A DNA stretch of 64,000 bases from Promethearchaeota archaeon (lineage in GTDB: Archaea > Asgardarchaeota > Lokiarchaeia > Sigyniarchaeales > SOKP01), in assembly GCA_048941285.1 (NCBI GenBank), contig JBHLNS010000003.1:32001-96000 (forward strand). The letters are read 5' to 3'. Below are positions 37,378-46,572 of this stretch, piece by piece. Numbering within the stretch: position 1 is the first letter of the stretch; every line of letters begins with the position of its first letter. The notes beneath the pieces were generated by a model. That model searched no databases. It had not been told where the DNA came from and saw nothing but the letters and a program-made list of their open reading frames with translations. A program made the translations under genes and the position numbers.

Positions 37378-40300
37378 TTGACTTACATTAAAAAAATTTC
37401 CATGAGTGGTTTTAAGAGTTTTGGAGATAGAACTGTAACAATTCGACTTTCAAGTGGATTTACATGCATCGTCGGCCCAAATGGGGCAGGTAAGTCTAAT
37501 ATTATTGATGCTCTTTGTTTTGCATTAGGCCGGTTAAGCAAAAAAACAATGAGAGCGAAAAGTCTTGAGGACCTGATTTTCGCAGGATCCAGAGGAAAAA
37601 ATCCCTCTCAAAGAGCATCTGTTACGTTATATTTTGATAATTCTGAGAACGTATTTCCAGGAGGCACAAGTGATTTTGAGATTACACGAACGATTAAGAT
37701 AGGAGGCGGTGGTGGTTATAAAATGAATGGAAAAAAGGCTACGCGCCAACAAATTCTTAACGCTTTAGCGGCAGCTAATATTGATCCAGATGGGAGCAAT
37801 CAATTTGTCCTTCAAGGAAAAATTGTAGAATTAACTCATATGAATGCAGAAGAACGTAGAAAATTTATTGAAGAATTAATTGGACTTCAAAAATATGACG
37901 AAATGAAAGATGCTACCTTAAAAGAACTAGAAAAAGCAGAAAGAGATTTAGGACAATTTGAAGCGATCTTTAAGGAAGTTTCTGCTCAGTTAAAAAAAGT
38001 TGAAAAGGAGAAAAATGATGCTTTGGCTTGGAAAGAATTAGATGAGCAAATTAATTTTTTAAATTCTCAATTAATTGCATTAAAAATTTCAATATTACGA
38101 CAAGAAGAAGAAGATCTGGAAAGAAAAATCGAAAATTCTTTAAAAATTATTGAAGAATTGCAAGAAAAGATTAATAGACAGGAAGATGTCTTAAAACAAG
38201 AATCACTTGTTATGGATAATATTCAGAAAACAATTTCAGAGAAAGAAAAAGAGAGAGAGGAGATTGCAGAAAATATCACTCAAATAAAAACTCAGATTTC
38301 ATCAAGTGAGACTACTCTTAATTTAGCGCAAAAATCAATTGAAAAATTAGTAAATGAAATTGAAACTTTAGAAAGTAAACAAATGAAACTTGAGGAAGGT
38401 CAAACCTTTGATTCATTAATTGAAAACGTTTCAAATGAAATCTTAGAATATGAGAATCATATCGAAGAAACTAAGAAAGAAATTGAAAAACGGCAGCAAA
38501 ACCAAGCTGAATTAGAACTTCAAATTAAAAATACTGAGGATGAAAATTCTCTTTTTAAAGCCGATATTTCCAAAATACAACAAAATGTTTCGTCTAATAA
38601 TGCTCAGGTCAAGATGCTCAAAGGAACTATAAAAAAAAATGAAGAAAAGAAACAAAAATTAGAAGTTGAGTTAGAGAAATTGAAAAGGGATGCAGAAAGT
38701 ATTGATGAAGCCATCGAAGCCGCCAAAAAGGAAGAAGCAGATATTAGAACTCGTATTAATGATTTAAATACTAAAATCTCAAAAGAAAACCAAAATCAAA
38801 AAGACTTAGAGAACGATATAAGTAGTCTTCAAGCAGACAAGAATCAATTAAATTCAAAATTAACAGATTTTCAAGCTTCTTTATCCTCTTTAAACACAGA
38901 AATTAAAATGAATCAAGGGACTATCCAAGAACTAAATGAAAAGAAAATTTCTATCAAGAAGAAAATTACTGATTTAAGCAAAGGTAGAGATGCTGAAAAG
39001 GCTGTAAAAGAATTACTAAAAGATAATGAGGGAATTAATAAAGATTTAAGTGAATTAAAAGCGAAATTGAAGCAAGAAAACTCAAACTATAGAAAAAATG
39101 AGCACGATTTAGAATTAATGAATATGAAGAAATATTCATTCGAATCAGAAATCAATGATAACAATGCAAAGATTGATAATATCAATACTGAACTAAAAAT
39201 TCTTTCAAAAGAATTAAAAAAATTGGATCGAGAAAAAAATAATATAGAATTGCAAGTTGACTCTTTAAGTAAAACGCTCTCAACGACAACAAGTGAATCC
39301 GAAAAATCTCAATTAAAAAAAGAAAATATTCAAAGAAGATTACAGGATCTTTCTGAAGAAAGAGAAAATTTAGTTAAGAAAATCGAGATTTCTGAAGAAG
39401 AATATGATAAGAATACAAAAGATATCACAGGAATTCTCCAAATTTTAAATATGCTCACTCAAAATATTAACATTTCGGTAGAGTCGATTAAAAGTAATAT
39501 CCAACAGTCAAATGCAGAAGCTATTGAATCCTCCGCAGAAGATTTCAAAAAATTTATTCTAGATATAATTGATATTATGAAATCAGTTGAGGATATTGGT
39601 ACAGATGAAGAAAAACCCACTGAAATGACCAGTATGCTTAGTTCTATCATGCAAACTCTAAAATTATTTACAGATAATGCCGATGATACAATTAATCAAC
39701 TAATTGAAAGAGTCAAAGAGTCTGCTGACGTTGAAGTTCAATCGTCAACAAATACATTTGATAATTTTGTTCAAGACTTAATGGAAATTCTTGAAAATGT
39801 ATATCTCTCCTTAAGGAAATTGACTATGTCTAAAAGTCAAGAATTATATAAACAATTAGAAGAGATTTCAGCAAGCATTAAATCTCAAACAGATGAATTC
39901 AATAAAAATGAACAACTATTAACTGAAACCAGAATTCAAGAGAAGCATTTTTCTGAAAATCTTTCATCCCATAATAAAAGACTTGAAGAAATTAATAAAA
40001 GAAATACTGAATTAAATCAAAGAATTAAAAAAGCAGAAGACGAAATAAATGAAAGAAGGGATATTATTAATAATCGGCAATTAGAAGTCAATAACTTGGA
40101 TTCCGAGATTAGCAAATTAAAAGAACTTAAGGATACTTTTTGGGATAACATATCTAAAATCCAAGATGATATTGATAGAAAGCAAAAGGACTTAGAAATT
40201 TTAAGAGAAAAGCTTCAAGAATTACATGGTATTCAGAATTTATTTGATAATATCGTAGAAATTGATGCTAATATAGAAAAATTAAATAGTTTTATTGAAG

Positions 40301-41829
40301 AAAAGAAAAACATAATATTAAACACTGAAGAGAGCATTAAAAATATTCAAGTTGATCAAAATTCAATCCAAAATAGCATAAATGAACATCTTATTAAAAA
40401 AGAAAAATTTTGGGGAATAACTGAGAATTTACGAAAACAGATAGATGTTGAAAATAAAAGCCTTGAAGAAACTATGGATCGTCTAAGAGCACTTGAAAAT
40501 GTGATGAGGATAATCACATCTATTGAAGATATTAAAAAAGAGAATATAGATGCAACTAATCGAATTAAAACTTGTCAAGATGATATAGAAAATCTTAATT
40601 CCCAAGTTCAAGAAATTCAAAAAAATGTGGATCAAAAACAGCTGGTTATAAACTCCTTAAGAGATGAAAAATCTCAAGAATTAGAATCCCAAAAAGCAGC
40701 TCAGAAAAAATTAAATAAACTGAATAAAGATTTACAGAGATCTCAAGGTAAACTAAATGAATTAAATAAAAACAAGGAGAGAGAACAAAAGATTCTTGGG
40801 TTGAATCAGGATATAAAAGACACTGAAGAACAAATTGAATCAATAACAAAAGAGTTAGAAGTTTTTAAAGAAGATTTAACTAATGAAAATTTGAAGAAAG
40901 ATGAAAAACAAAAAGAGATTGATAAGTTTGTACAAGAAAAGGATGAATCATGGAAAAAGCAAAAACAATATCAGAAAGTTATAACTGATTTAAAATCTGA
41001 TCTCTCCATGGAAAATTCAAAAATAAACAATTATGAATCTAAAAAGATTATGTGTACTGACCAGATAGAAACCTTATTTCAACGTTCTAAAGAATATGGC
41101 TCATTACCACCTGTAACTGGTGATCTTGTTGAAGCAGAATTGCAATCAGATATCGTAGAATTAACAAAAAAAAAGAAGGCTCTTGAACCAGTGAATTTAA
41201 AAGCAATTCAACAATATGACGCAGTTAAAGAAAGATTTGATGAGATAGATATGAGGCGTCAAACAATTCAAAGAGAAAGAAAGTCGATTCTTGATGCAAT
41301 AGATAAAATTGAATTAGAAAAAACTCGAACTTTTATGAAAGCTTATCATGAGATTAATAGGGAATTCTCAAGGATTTTTCAAAAGTTATCTCCAGGAGGT
41401 TCTGCAAAGATGATTTTAGATAGACCAGACAAACCTTTTGAGGGAGGCATTTCTATCGAAGCAAGACCCAGAGGTAAAAAAATTAGCTCACTAGAAATTT
41501 TAAGTGGTGGCGAAAAAACATTAGTTGCGTTATCTTTCATTTTTGCGGTTCAAGAATTTTATCCTGCTCCATTTTATGTGATGGATGAAATCGACGCTGC
41601 TTTAGATGGCCCAAATGTACACCGTGTTTCAATGGTTATTAAGGAATTTGCTTCACAAGCTCAATTTATGGTGATTAGCCATCGTGAGGAAAATATAGTA
41701 AACGCAGATAGAATTTATGGTGTTTCAATGCAACAAAGTGGAATCACTGATATTTTTAGCGTTGACTTAGAAGAAGAAGCTAAGAGACTCCTTGAACTTG
41801 AAGATATAGAACCAACAATTACAGAATAA
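37378..41829 (+). CDS. smc: SMC chromosome segregation protein, extra-long, without a canonical hinge
   Basis: GFKSF, GPNGAGKSN, Q-loop VLQG, PVNLKAI, LSGGEK, MDEIDAALD and ISH; followed by scpA and scpB. Confidence 0.95.
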   Translation: MTYIKKISMSGFKSFGDRTVTIRLSSGFTCIVGPNGAGKSNIIDALCFALGRLSKKTMRAKSLEDLIFAGSRGKNPSQRASVTLYFDNSENVFPGGTSDFEITRTIKIGGGGGYKMNGKKATRQQILNALAAANIDPDGSNQFVLQGKIVELTHMNAEERRKFIEELIGLQKYDEMKDATLKELEKAERDLGQFEAIFKEVSAQLKKVEKEKNDALAWKELDEQINFLNSQLIALKISILRQEEEDLERKIENSLKIIEELQEKINRQEDVLKQESLVMDNIQKTISEKEKEREEIAENITQIKTQISSSETTLNLAQKSIEKLVNEIETLESKQMKLEEGQTFDSLIENVSNEILEYENHIEETKKEIEKRQQNQAELELQIKNTEDENSLFKADISKIQQNVSSNNAQVKMLKGTIKKNEEKKQKLEVELEKLKRDAESIDEAIEAAKKEEADIRTRINDLNTKISKENQNQKDLENDISSLQADKNQLNSKLTDFQASLSSLNTEIKMNQGTIQELNEKKISIKKKITDLSKGRDAEKAVKELLKDNEGINKDLSELKAKLKQENSNYRKNEHDLELMNMKKYSFESEINDNNAKIDNINTELKILSKELKKLDREKNNIELQVDSLSKTLSTTTSESEKSQLKKENIQRRLQDLSEERENLVKKIEISEEEYDKNTKDITGILQILNMLTQNINISVESIKSNIQQSNAEAIESSAEDFKKFILDIIDIMKSVEDIGTDEEKPTEMTSMLSSIMQTLKLFTDNADDTINQLIERVKESADVEVQSSTNTFDNFVQDLMEILENVYLSLRKLTMSKSQELYKQLEEISASIKSQTDEFNKNEQLLTETRIQEKHFSENLSSHNKRLEEINKRNTELNQRIKKAEDEINERRDIINNRQLEVNNLDSEISKLKELKDTFWDNISKIQDDIDRKQKDLEILREKLQELHGIQNLFDNIVEIDANIEKLNSFIEEKKNIILNTEESIKNIQVDQNSIQNSINEHLIKKEKFWGITENLRKQIDVENKSLEETMDRLRALENVMRIITSIEDIKKENIDATNRIKTCQDDIENLNSQVQEIQKNVDQKQLVINSLRDEKSQELESQKAAQKKLNKLNKDLQRSQGKLNELNKNKEREQKILGLNQDIKDTEEQIESITKELEVFKEDLTNENLKKDEKQKEIDKFVQEKDESWKKQKQYQKVITDLKSDLSMENSKINNYESKKIMCTDQIETLFQRSKEYGSLPPVTGDLVEAELQSDIVELTKKKKALEPVNLKAIQQYDAVKERFDEIDMRRQTIQRERKSILDAIDKIELEKTRTFMKAYHEINREFSRIFQKLSPGGSAKMILDRPDKPFEGGISIEARPRGKKISSLEILSGGEKTLVALSFIFAVQEFYPAPFYVMDEIDAALDGPNVHRVSMVIKEFASQAQFMVISHREENIVNADRIYGVSMQQSGITDIFSVDLEEEAKRLLELEDIEPTITE

Positions 41830-41857
41830 TCACATCTATTTAAAATGGTGATTAAAT

Positions 41858-42859
41858 ATTTCAGAAAAAGAAATAGATTCTACTAAAGAATATAATTTTA
41901 AAGAATGGACTGTTAAAGATCTCAGAGAATTTGCTTCGAAAAATAATATAAAAATACCTATCAAGTCTAAGAAAATAGAAATAATTGACTTACTCCAAAA
42001 GGTTGTGTCACATCCCGAGTTTATCGATAGATCTCAAGAAGTTAAAGAATTAGAAGAAGAGCTTGTTGCTGGATTTGATGATGAGGAAGATCTTGCATTA
42101 TTGAGAAAAGAAAAACTTGAATTGAAATTCTGGCAAAAGCCACCGTTTTCTAGTTTATTAGACTCGGAAATTGCAAAAGAATCTGAAATTGCTTTTTATG
42201 ATTTAGCAAAATTAGTTGATGAATTTTTTGATCAAATGCTCCACGAAGAATTAATAAATTATAAAATTTCTGGAATTGCGCTTAAAACTTCAGCAACTTT
42301 ACATCATTATAAAATATCTAGCATAATTAGAGAGGAAGAACAAATTCAAAAAAGAGAAGAATTAGAGAAATTCAGACAAGCACACAGTAGGACTATTCCA
42401 AAAGCATTGCCTCAACCAATTCAGCCAAAAATGCAAATAGCTACAAAAGATGAATTGTTTGATGCGATGAGATCTGCTATTATAGAAGTAATGCAGAATA
42501 AAGAAAAATTAAGAAGGAGACGCATGAGAAAAGAAGAACTAAAACAACACAGAATTCAATTGAAATCTAAAGCACAACTCCCTAAAGAACTTTTAAAACA
42601 CATAAGTGGAAGAGAACAAACGATAGAAGAATTGCATGATTCATGGTTTAATCGAATTAAAGCTACTATTAATCTAAATAATAAAGAAACTACTTTTTAT
42701 GAGTTAGCAAATATTATAAAAAGTGAGGAAAAAAGCGATATTGGGCGGAAATTTTCTTTTGTCCGTATGTTTTTAGCATTAATGTTCCTTTCTACAGGGA
42801 ATAAGTTAACTTTATCTCAAGATGAAGATTTTCAAGATTTTAATGTCAATATTAGATAA
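41858..42859 (+). CDS. scpA: Kleisin ScpA with an inferred 49-aa N-terminal extension (ATT start; ORF track starts at GTG 42005)
   Basis: Lies between smc and scpB; has ISGIAL..SA.L..YK and a C-terminal FLALMFL...L.L.Q.EDF winged helix. GGTGA is 6 nt before the in-frame ATT at 41858. Confidence 0.85.
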   Translation: MSEKEIDSTKEYNFKEWTVKDLREFASKNNIKIPIKSKKIEIIDLLQKVVSHPEFIDRSQEVKELEEELVAGFDDEEDLALLRKEKLELKFWQKPPFSSLLDSEIAKESEIAFYDLAKLVDEFFDQMLHEELINYKISGIALKTSATLHHYKISSIIREEEQIQKREELEKFRQAHSRTIPKALPQPIQPKMQIATKDELFDAMRSAIIEVMQNKEKLRRRRMRKEELKQHRIQLKSKAQLPKELLKHISGREQTIEELHDSWFNRIKATINLNNKETTFYELANIIKSEEKSDIGRKFSFVRMFLALMFLSTGNKLTLSQDEDFQDFNVNIR

Positions 42860-42900
42860 TAACAAAATTAATTGGATCTTTTATATAATAGGGTGATATT

Positions 42901-43728
42901 TTGGAAGAAAATAATGAAAATGATATTAAAGAAAATTCAGAAGAAGACTTAGAAAAATTAGAAGAAATCGACTTAACTGAAGATTTAAGTTTAGAATCAG
43001 AAAATCTATTGACAGAAGATTTTGAGGAAGATCAAGATATTGGAAATGATTTACAAACCGATCTTGATGATAATTCCTCCGAGACAACTATTCTTGATGA
43101 GGAATCATTAAAGAACCAAGTAAGGATTTTCCATCGAAATTTGATTGAAGCTTCTTTGTATGCTGCTGGAAGTCCATTAACTATTGAAGAAATCTCAACA
43201 AAATTGGAAATTCCTAAGAAAGAAGTGGAAGAATTAGTAAATGAAGTAGCTTTTGATTACTTAGACCGCACTACTGCTCTTGTCATTGCACAAATTGGAG
43301 AAAGATATCAAATGCAAATTAAACCAGAATATACAGAAAAAGTTTCTAAATTTGCTAAAGGAGGAGCAATAGCAGAAAGGTATTTGAGAACTTTAACGAT
43401 TATCGCTTTGAAACAACCAGTCTTAAAATCAATGGTTATTAAATTGAGAGGTACTGGAGCATATGAACATATAAAGTATCTTATAGATAATGGTTTTGTA
43501 AATGCTGTAAAAAAAGGAAGATCCCATGAATTAACTACCACCGATAAGTACGCAGATATGTTTGGGCTACCAAAAGATAAAACTGAATTGAAACGTGCTA
43601 TGGTCACACAATTAGGAATTGAAGAAATATCAAGTAGTGAAACTCCAGACGATAATGAATTTTCTGATGATTCAGAACCCTTTAGCGAAACTGAATCAAT
43701 AAATGAAGATGAAGAAGGAGAAGAATAA
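42901..43728 (+). CDS. scpB: KITE subunit ScpB with acidic tails
   Basis: IEASLYAAG.PL, LRTL.IIA.KQP, I.LRG, GR....TT..Y..MFGL. Confidence 0.93.
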   Translation: MEENNENDIKENSEEDLEKLEEIDLTEDLSLESENLLTEDFEEDQDIGNDLQTDLDDNSSETTILDEESLKNQVRIFHRNLIEASLYAAGSPLTIEEISTKLEIPKKEVEELVNEVAFDYLDRTTALVIAQIGERYQMQIKPEYTEKVSKFAKGGAIAERYLRTLTIIALKQPVLKSMVIKLRGTGAYEHIKYLIDNGFVNAVKKGRSHELTTTDKYADMFGLPKDKTELKRAMVTQLGIEEISSSETPDDNEFSDDSEPFSETESINEDEEGEE

Positions 43729-43750
43729 ATATTTTTTTAAAAAAAATAGA

Positions 43751-46351
43751 TTACTTAAAAATATAAGTAGTAATATTCAAGTCTTCAATTATTAGCTTTA
43801 AATCTGATTTTTCTTTAATGTTCTTTTCTTGTAATTTTTCGATTATTTCTAAATTATCAATTCTAAGAGTATGTATAATATCCTCTTTTAGTGTATCAAT
43901 TTTTTTCACTTGCTCTATATCTGAAATCAAAATTACTCTACTTATACTTTGGTTTAAAGGTATTTGAAGCTTTGATTTTTGCATCCTTAGAAATTTAATT
44001 ATTTCAATTATTAGTTTTCCATTATTAGCTGAATCTTCTGAAATCTTTTCATAGTGCAACGGCCAAACCTCTAAATGAACAGACTTTAGATTTTTAAATT
44101 GTTTAAAGAGTATTGAGAAAATTTCTTCTGAAATATATGGCATTATAACGGATGAAATGGTTATTAATTTGTAAAAGAGGTTTAATGCATTCTTTAAGGA
44201 ATTTTTTCTTATATTTTCATTATCAGAATAGAATTTATGCTTTATAGCTTCAACATAATTATCGCAGACATCATTCCAAAAAAATGTACGTAAAACCATC
44301 ATAGCTTCATGCCAATTATATCCATCAAAGTAATTAGTAATAAGATCTAAATTTTTGTTAAATTCTGAAAAGAAATAACTCTCTATAGGTGATATTAGAT
44401 CAGGATTAACATCGATATTATCAATCTTAATTTTATTCAAATTTAAAAATAAAAATCTACAAGCATTCCAAATCTTAGTTAACAATCTTGAAGCACCAGT
44501 TAACTGTTCAAAATTTCTCCTGTATTTCTTATGAAATTTATCTTCTGGAAGTTTTTCTCTCTCTAGCAATATAAATTCATTTGAAACAGGTTGTTTGGTT
44601 TGTAAATTTATCCAAGTAAATTCAAACGGATAATCATCACCTAAAGAGCCCATGGCTGTCCAGTATCTTATAGCATCAGCCCCAAATTCTGGCATTACTT
44701 CTTCCGGAGCAATATAATTCCCTAGACTTTTAGACATATGTCTTCCATCTGGGCCAGCAACCATTCCATTAATCATTGCTTCATAAAATGGAGCTTTTCC
44801 AGTTAATATTTTACATCGAAATAACGTGTAAAACAACCAAGTTCGGATTATTTCATAACCTTGGGAACGATGAACTTTAGCATCCATATAAGCTCTTTTA
44901 AAGAATTCATCATCCTCTGTCCATTTTGAAATTTCTAGGGGTGTAAGACTAGAATCAATCCAACAATCACATACATCCTTTTCCCCTATAATATTTTTAC
45001 TTTTACATTTTGGACATTGTTTGACAGGAGGCATAGTTTTCGCTGGATTTAACGGTAAATCCTCTCTTTTAGGTGGGATAATTTCACCGCAATCCTTACA
45101 ATACCAAAATGGAATAGGCGTACCAAAAAAGCGTTGACGTGAAATAACCCAGTTCCAATCTAATCCCTCTGCCCAATCTATTAATCTTTGCTTTTGTTTT
45201 TCAGGATACCATTTCATAATTTCTCCAGATTCAATAATTTCTTGTGTAAAATCTTTTACATTTATAAACCACTGATAAACGGGTAAATATTCTATTGGTT
45301 TGCTACAAGATTGTCTTTCTGAATGAATTATTAGATTATGCTCATAATCTTCAACTTTTTCAATTAATCCTTTTTTATCAAGGTCTATGACTATTTGTTC
45401 TCTTGCTTCCATGATAGTTAAACCTTTATATACAGAATTTTCATTCATATGCCCATCTTCGGTGAAAATTTGAATTTCATCCAAATCATATTCAAATTTC
45501 CATTTAATGTCCATCTCATCTCCATACGTACAGACATAGACCACACCAGTGCCAAAATTCATATCAATTGAAGAATCCATATAAACTCTGACTGTTCTAT
45601 TTGTAAATGGAATTTCAATTTTAGCAGCAGAAATATCGTAATAACGCTCATCATTCGGATGAACCATTATGGCAACACATGCTTCCATATATTCAGGACG
45701 AGTTGTGGCAATAGTAATAAACTCATTATCTCTATCTGCAATAGGTAATTTTATGTACCATAAATTACCTAATTCTTCTTGATAACCTACCTCTGCTTTT
45801 GCAACAGATGTTTCACAATTTACACAAAAATGAGTAGGAAACTTATCTCTATAAAGCATTCCTTTTTCATAGAATTCTAAGAGTGATAGTTGAACTTTTC
45901 GTTTGTAATCATCATTCATTGTTCTATAAGTATATTCCCAATCAGTTGAATACCCTAAATCATTTAATTGCTTTGTCATATTTTTAATGTTATTTTCTAC
46001 CCATTCTCTACATTTCTCTAAAAAATTCTCTCGATCATCCTTAGAAATTCCATAATTTTTTGTAACAGCTAACTCAACAGGTAATCCATGGCAATCCCAT
46101 CCTTGGGGAAAATATACGTTTTGGCCCCTCATTCGACGATATCTTGCTACAAAATCAATCCAAGCATAATTTAAATACTGTCCTATATGCAATACGCCAC
46201 TAACAAAAGGAGGTGGTGTATCAATAGTAAAAATTTCATCTTTTCGGCTCTTTTCAAAAGCATAAATCTTATTTTCGTCCCAAAATTTTATCCACTTTTC
46301 TTGAACTGTTTGAAAATTGTACCGTTTTGGATAATTTGTTTCCTCTGCCAT
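43751..46351 (-). CDS. valS: Valyl-tRNA synthetase
   Basis: IDTPPP.VSG.LHIG, ATTRPE, W.ISRQR.FG and HMSKS. Confidence 0.95.
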   Translation of the reverse strand: MAEETNYPKRYNFQTVQEKWIKFWDENKIYAFEKSRKDEIFTIDTPPPFVSGVLHIGQYLNYAWIDFVARYRRMRGQNVYFPQGWDCHGLPVELAVTKNYGISKDDRENFLEKCREWVENNIKNMTKQLNDLGYSTDWEYTYRTMNDDYKRKVQLSLLEFYEKGMLYRDKFPTHFCVNCETSVAKAEVGYQEELGNLWYIKLPIADRDNEFITIATTRPEYMEACVAIMVHPNDERYYDISAAKIEIPFTNRTVRVYMDSSIDMNFGTGVVYVCTYGDEMDIKWKFEYDLDEIQIFTEDGHMNENSVYKGLTIMEAREQIVIDLDKKGLIEKVEDYEHNLIIHSERQSCSKPIEYLPVYQWFINVKDFTQEIIESGEIMKWYPEKQKQRLIDWAEGLDWNWVISRQRFFGTPIPFWYCKDCGEIIPPKREDLPLNPAKTMPPVKQCPKCKSKNIIGEKDVCDCWIDSSLTPLEISKWTEDDEFFKRAYMDAKVHRSQGYEIIRTWLFYTLFRCKILTGKAPFYEAMINGMVAGPDGRHMSKSLGNYIAPEEVMPEFGADAIRYWTAMGSLGDDYPFEFTWINLQTKQPVSNEFILLEREKLPEDKFHKKYRRNFEQLTGASRLLTKIWNACRFLFLNLNKIKIDNIDVNPDLISPIESYFFSEFNKNLDLITNYFDGYNWHEAMMVLRTFFWNDVCDNYVEAIKHKFYSDNENIRKNSLKNALNLFYKLITISSVIMPYISEEIFSILFKQFKNLKSVHLEVWPLHYEKISEDSANNGKLIIEIIKFLRMQKSKLQIPLNQSISRVILISDIEQVKKIDTLKEDIIHTLRIDNLEIIEKLQEKNIKEKSDLKLIIEDLNITTYIFK

Positions 46352-46383
46352 TTAAAATCTCCTTCAGATGTAAAATAATAGAA

Positions 46384-46485
46384 TGGACCTGACGGGAATT
46401 GAACCCGTGACCTCTTGAATGCGAATCTTGAAATTAAGTACCCTACTTAATAGAATCAAGCGATCTTCCACTGATCTACAGGCCC
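46384..46485 (-). tRNA. tRNA-Ala(CGC) with a 30-nt intron (46425-46454) at position 32/33
   Basis: Acceptor GGGCCTG/CAGGTCC with G3:U70 and discriminator A. Removing 30 nt gives the anticodon arm CTTGA-TTCGCAT-TCAAG. T arm ACGGG-TTCAATT-CCCGT. Confidence 0.92.
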
Positions 46486-46572
46486 AACTATAATTATTAT
46501 CTATTTATATTGTTAAAATCAGAATACCTAAAATTTTTTATTATTTTTATTAAATATTATAAAAAATTAGGA

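Noticed and set aside
37378-41829. Rad50/SbcC or Wadjet identity for the long ATPase
   Set aside because: No CxxC hook and no mre11 or jetD neighbour; the head motifs and scpA-scpB linkage fit Smc.
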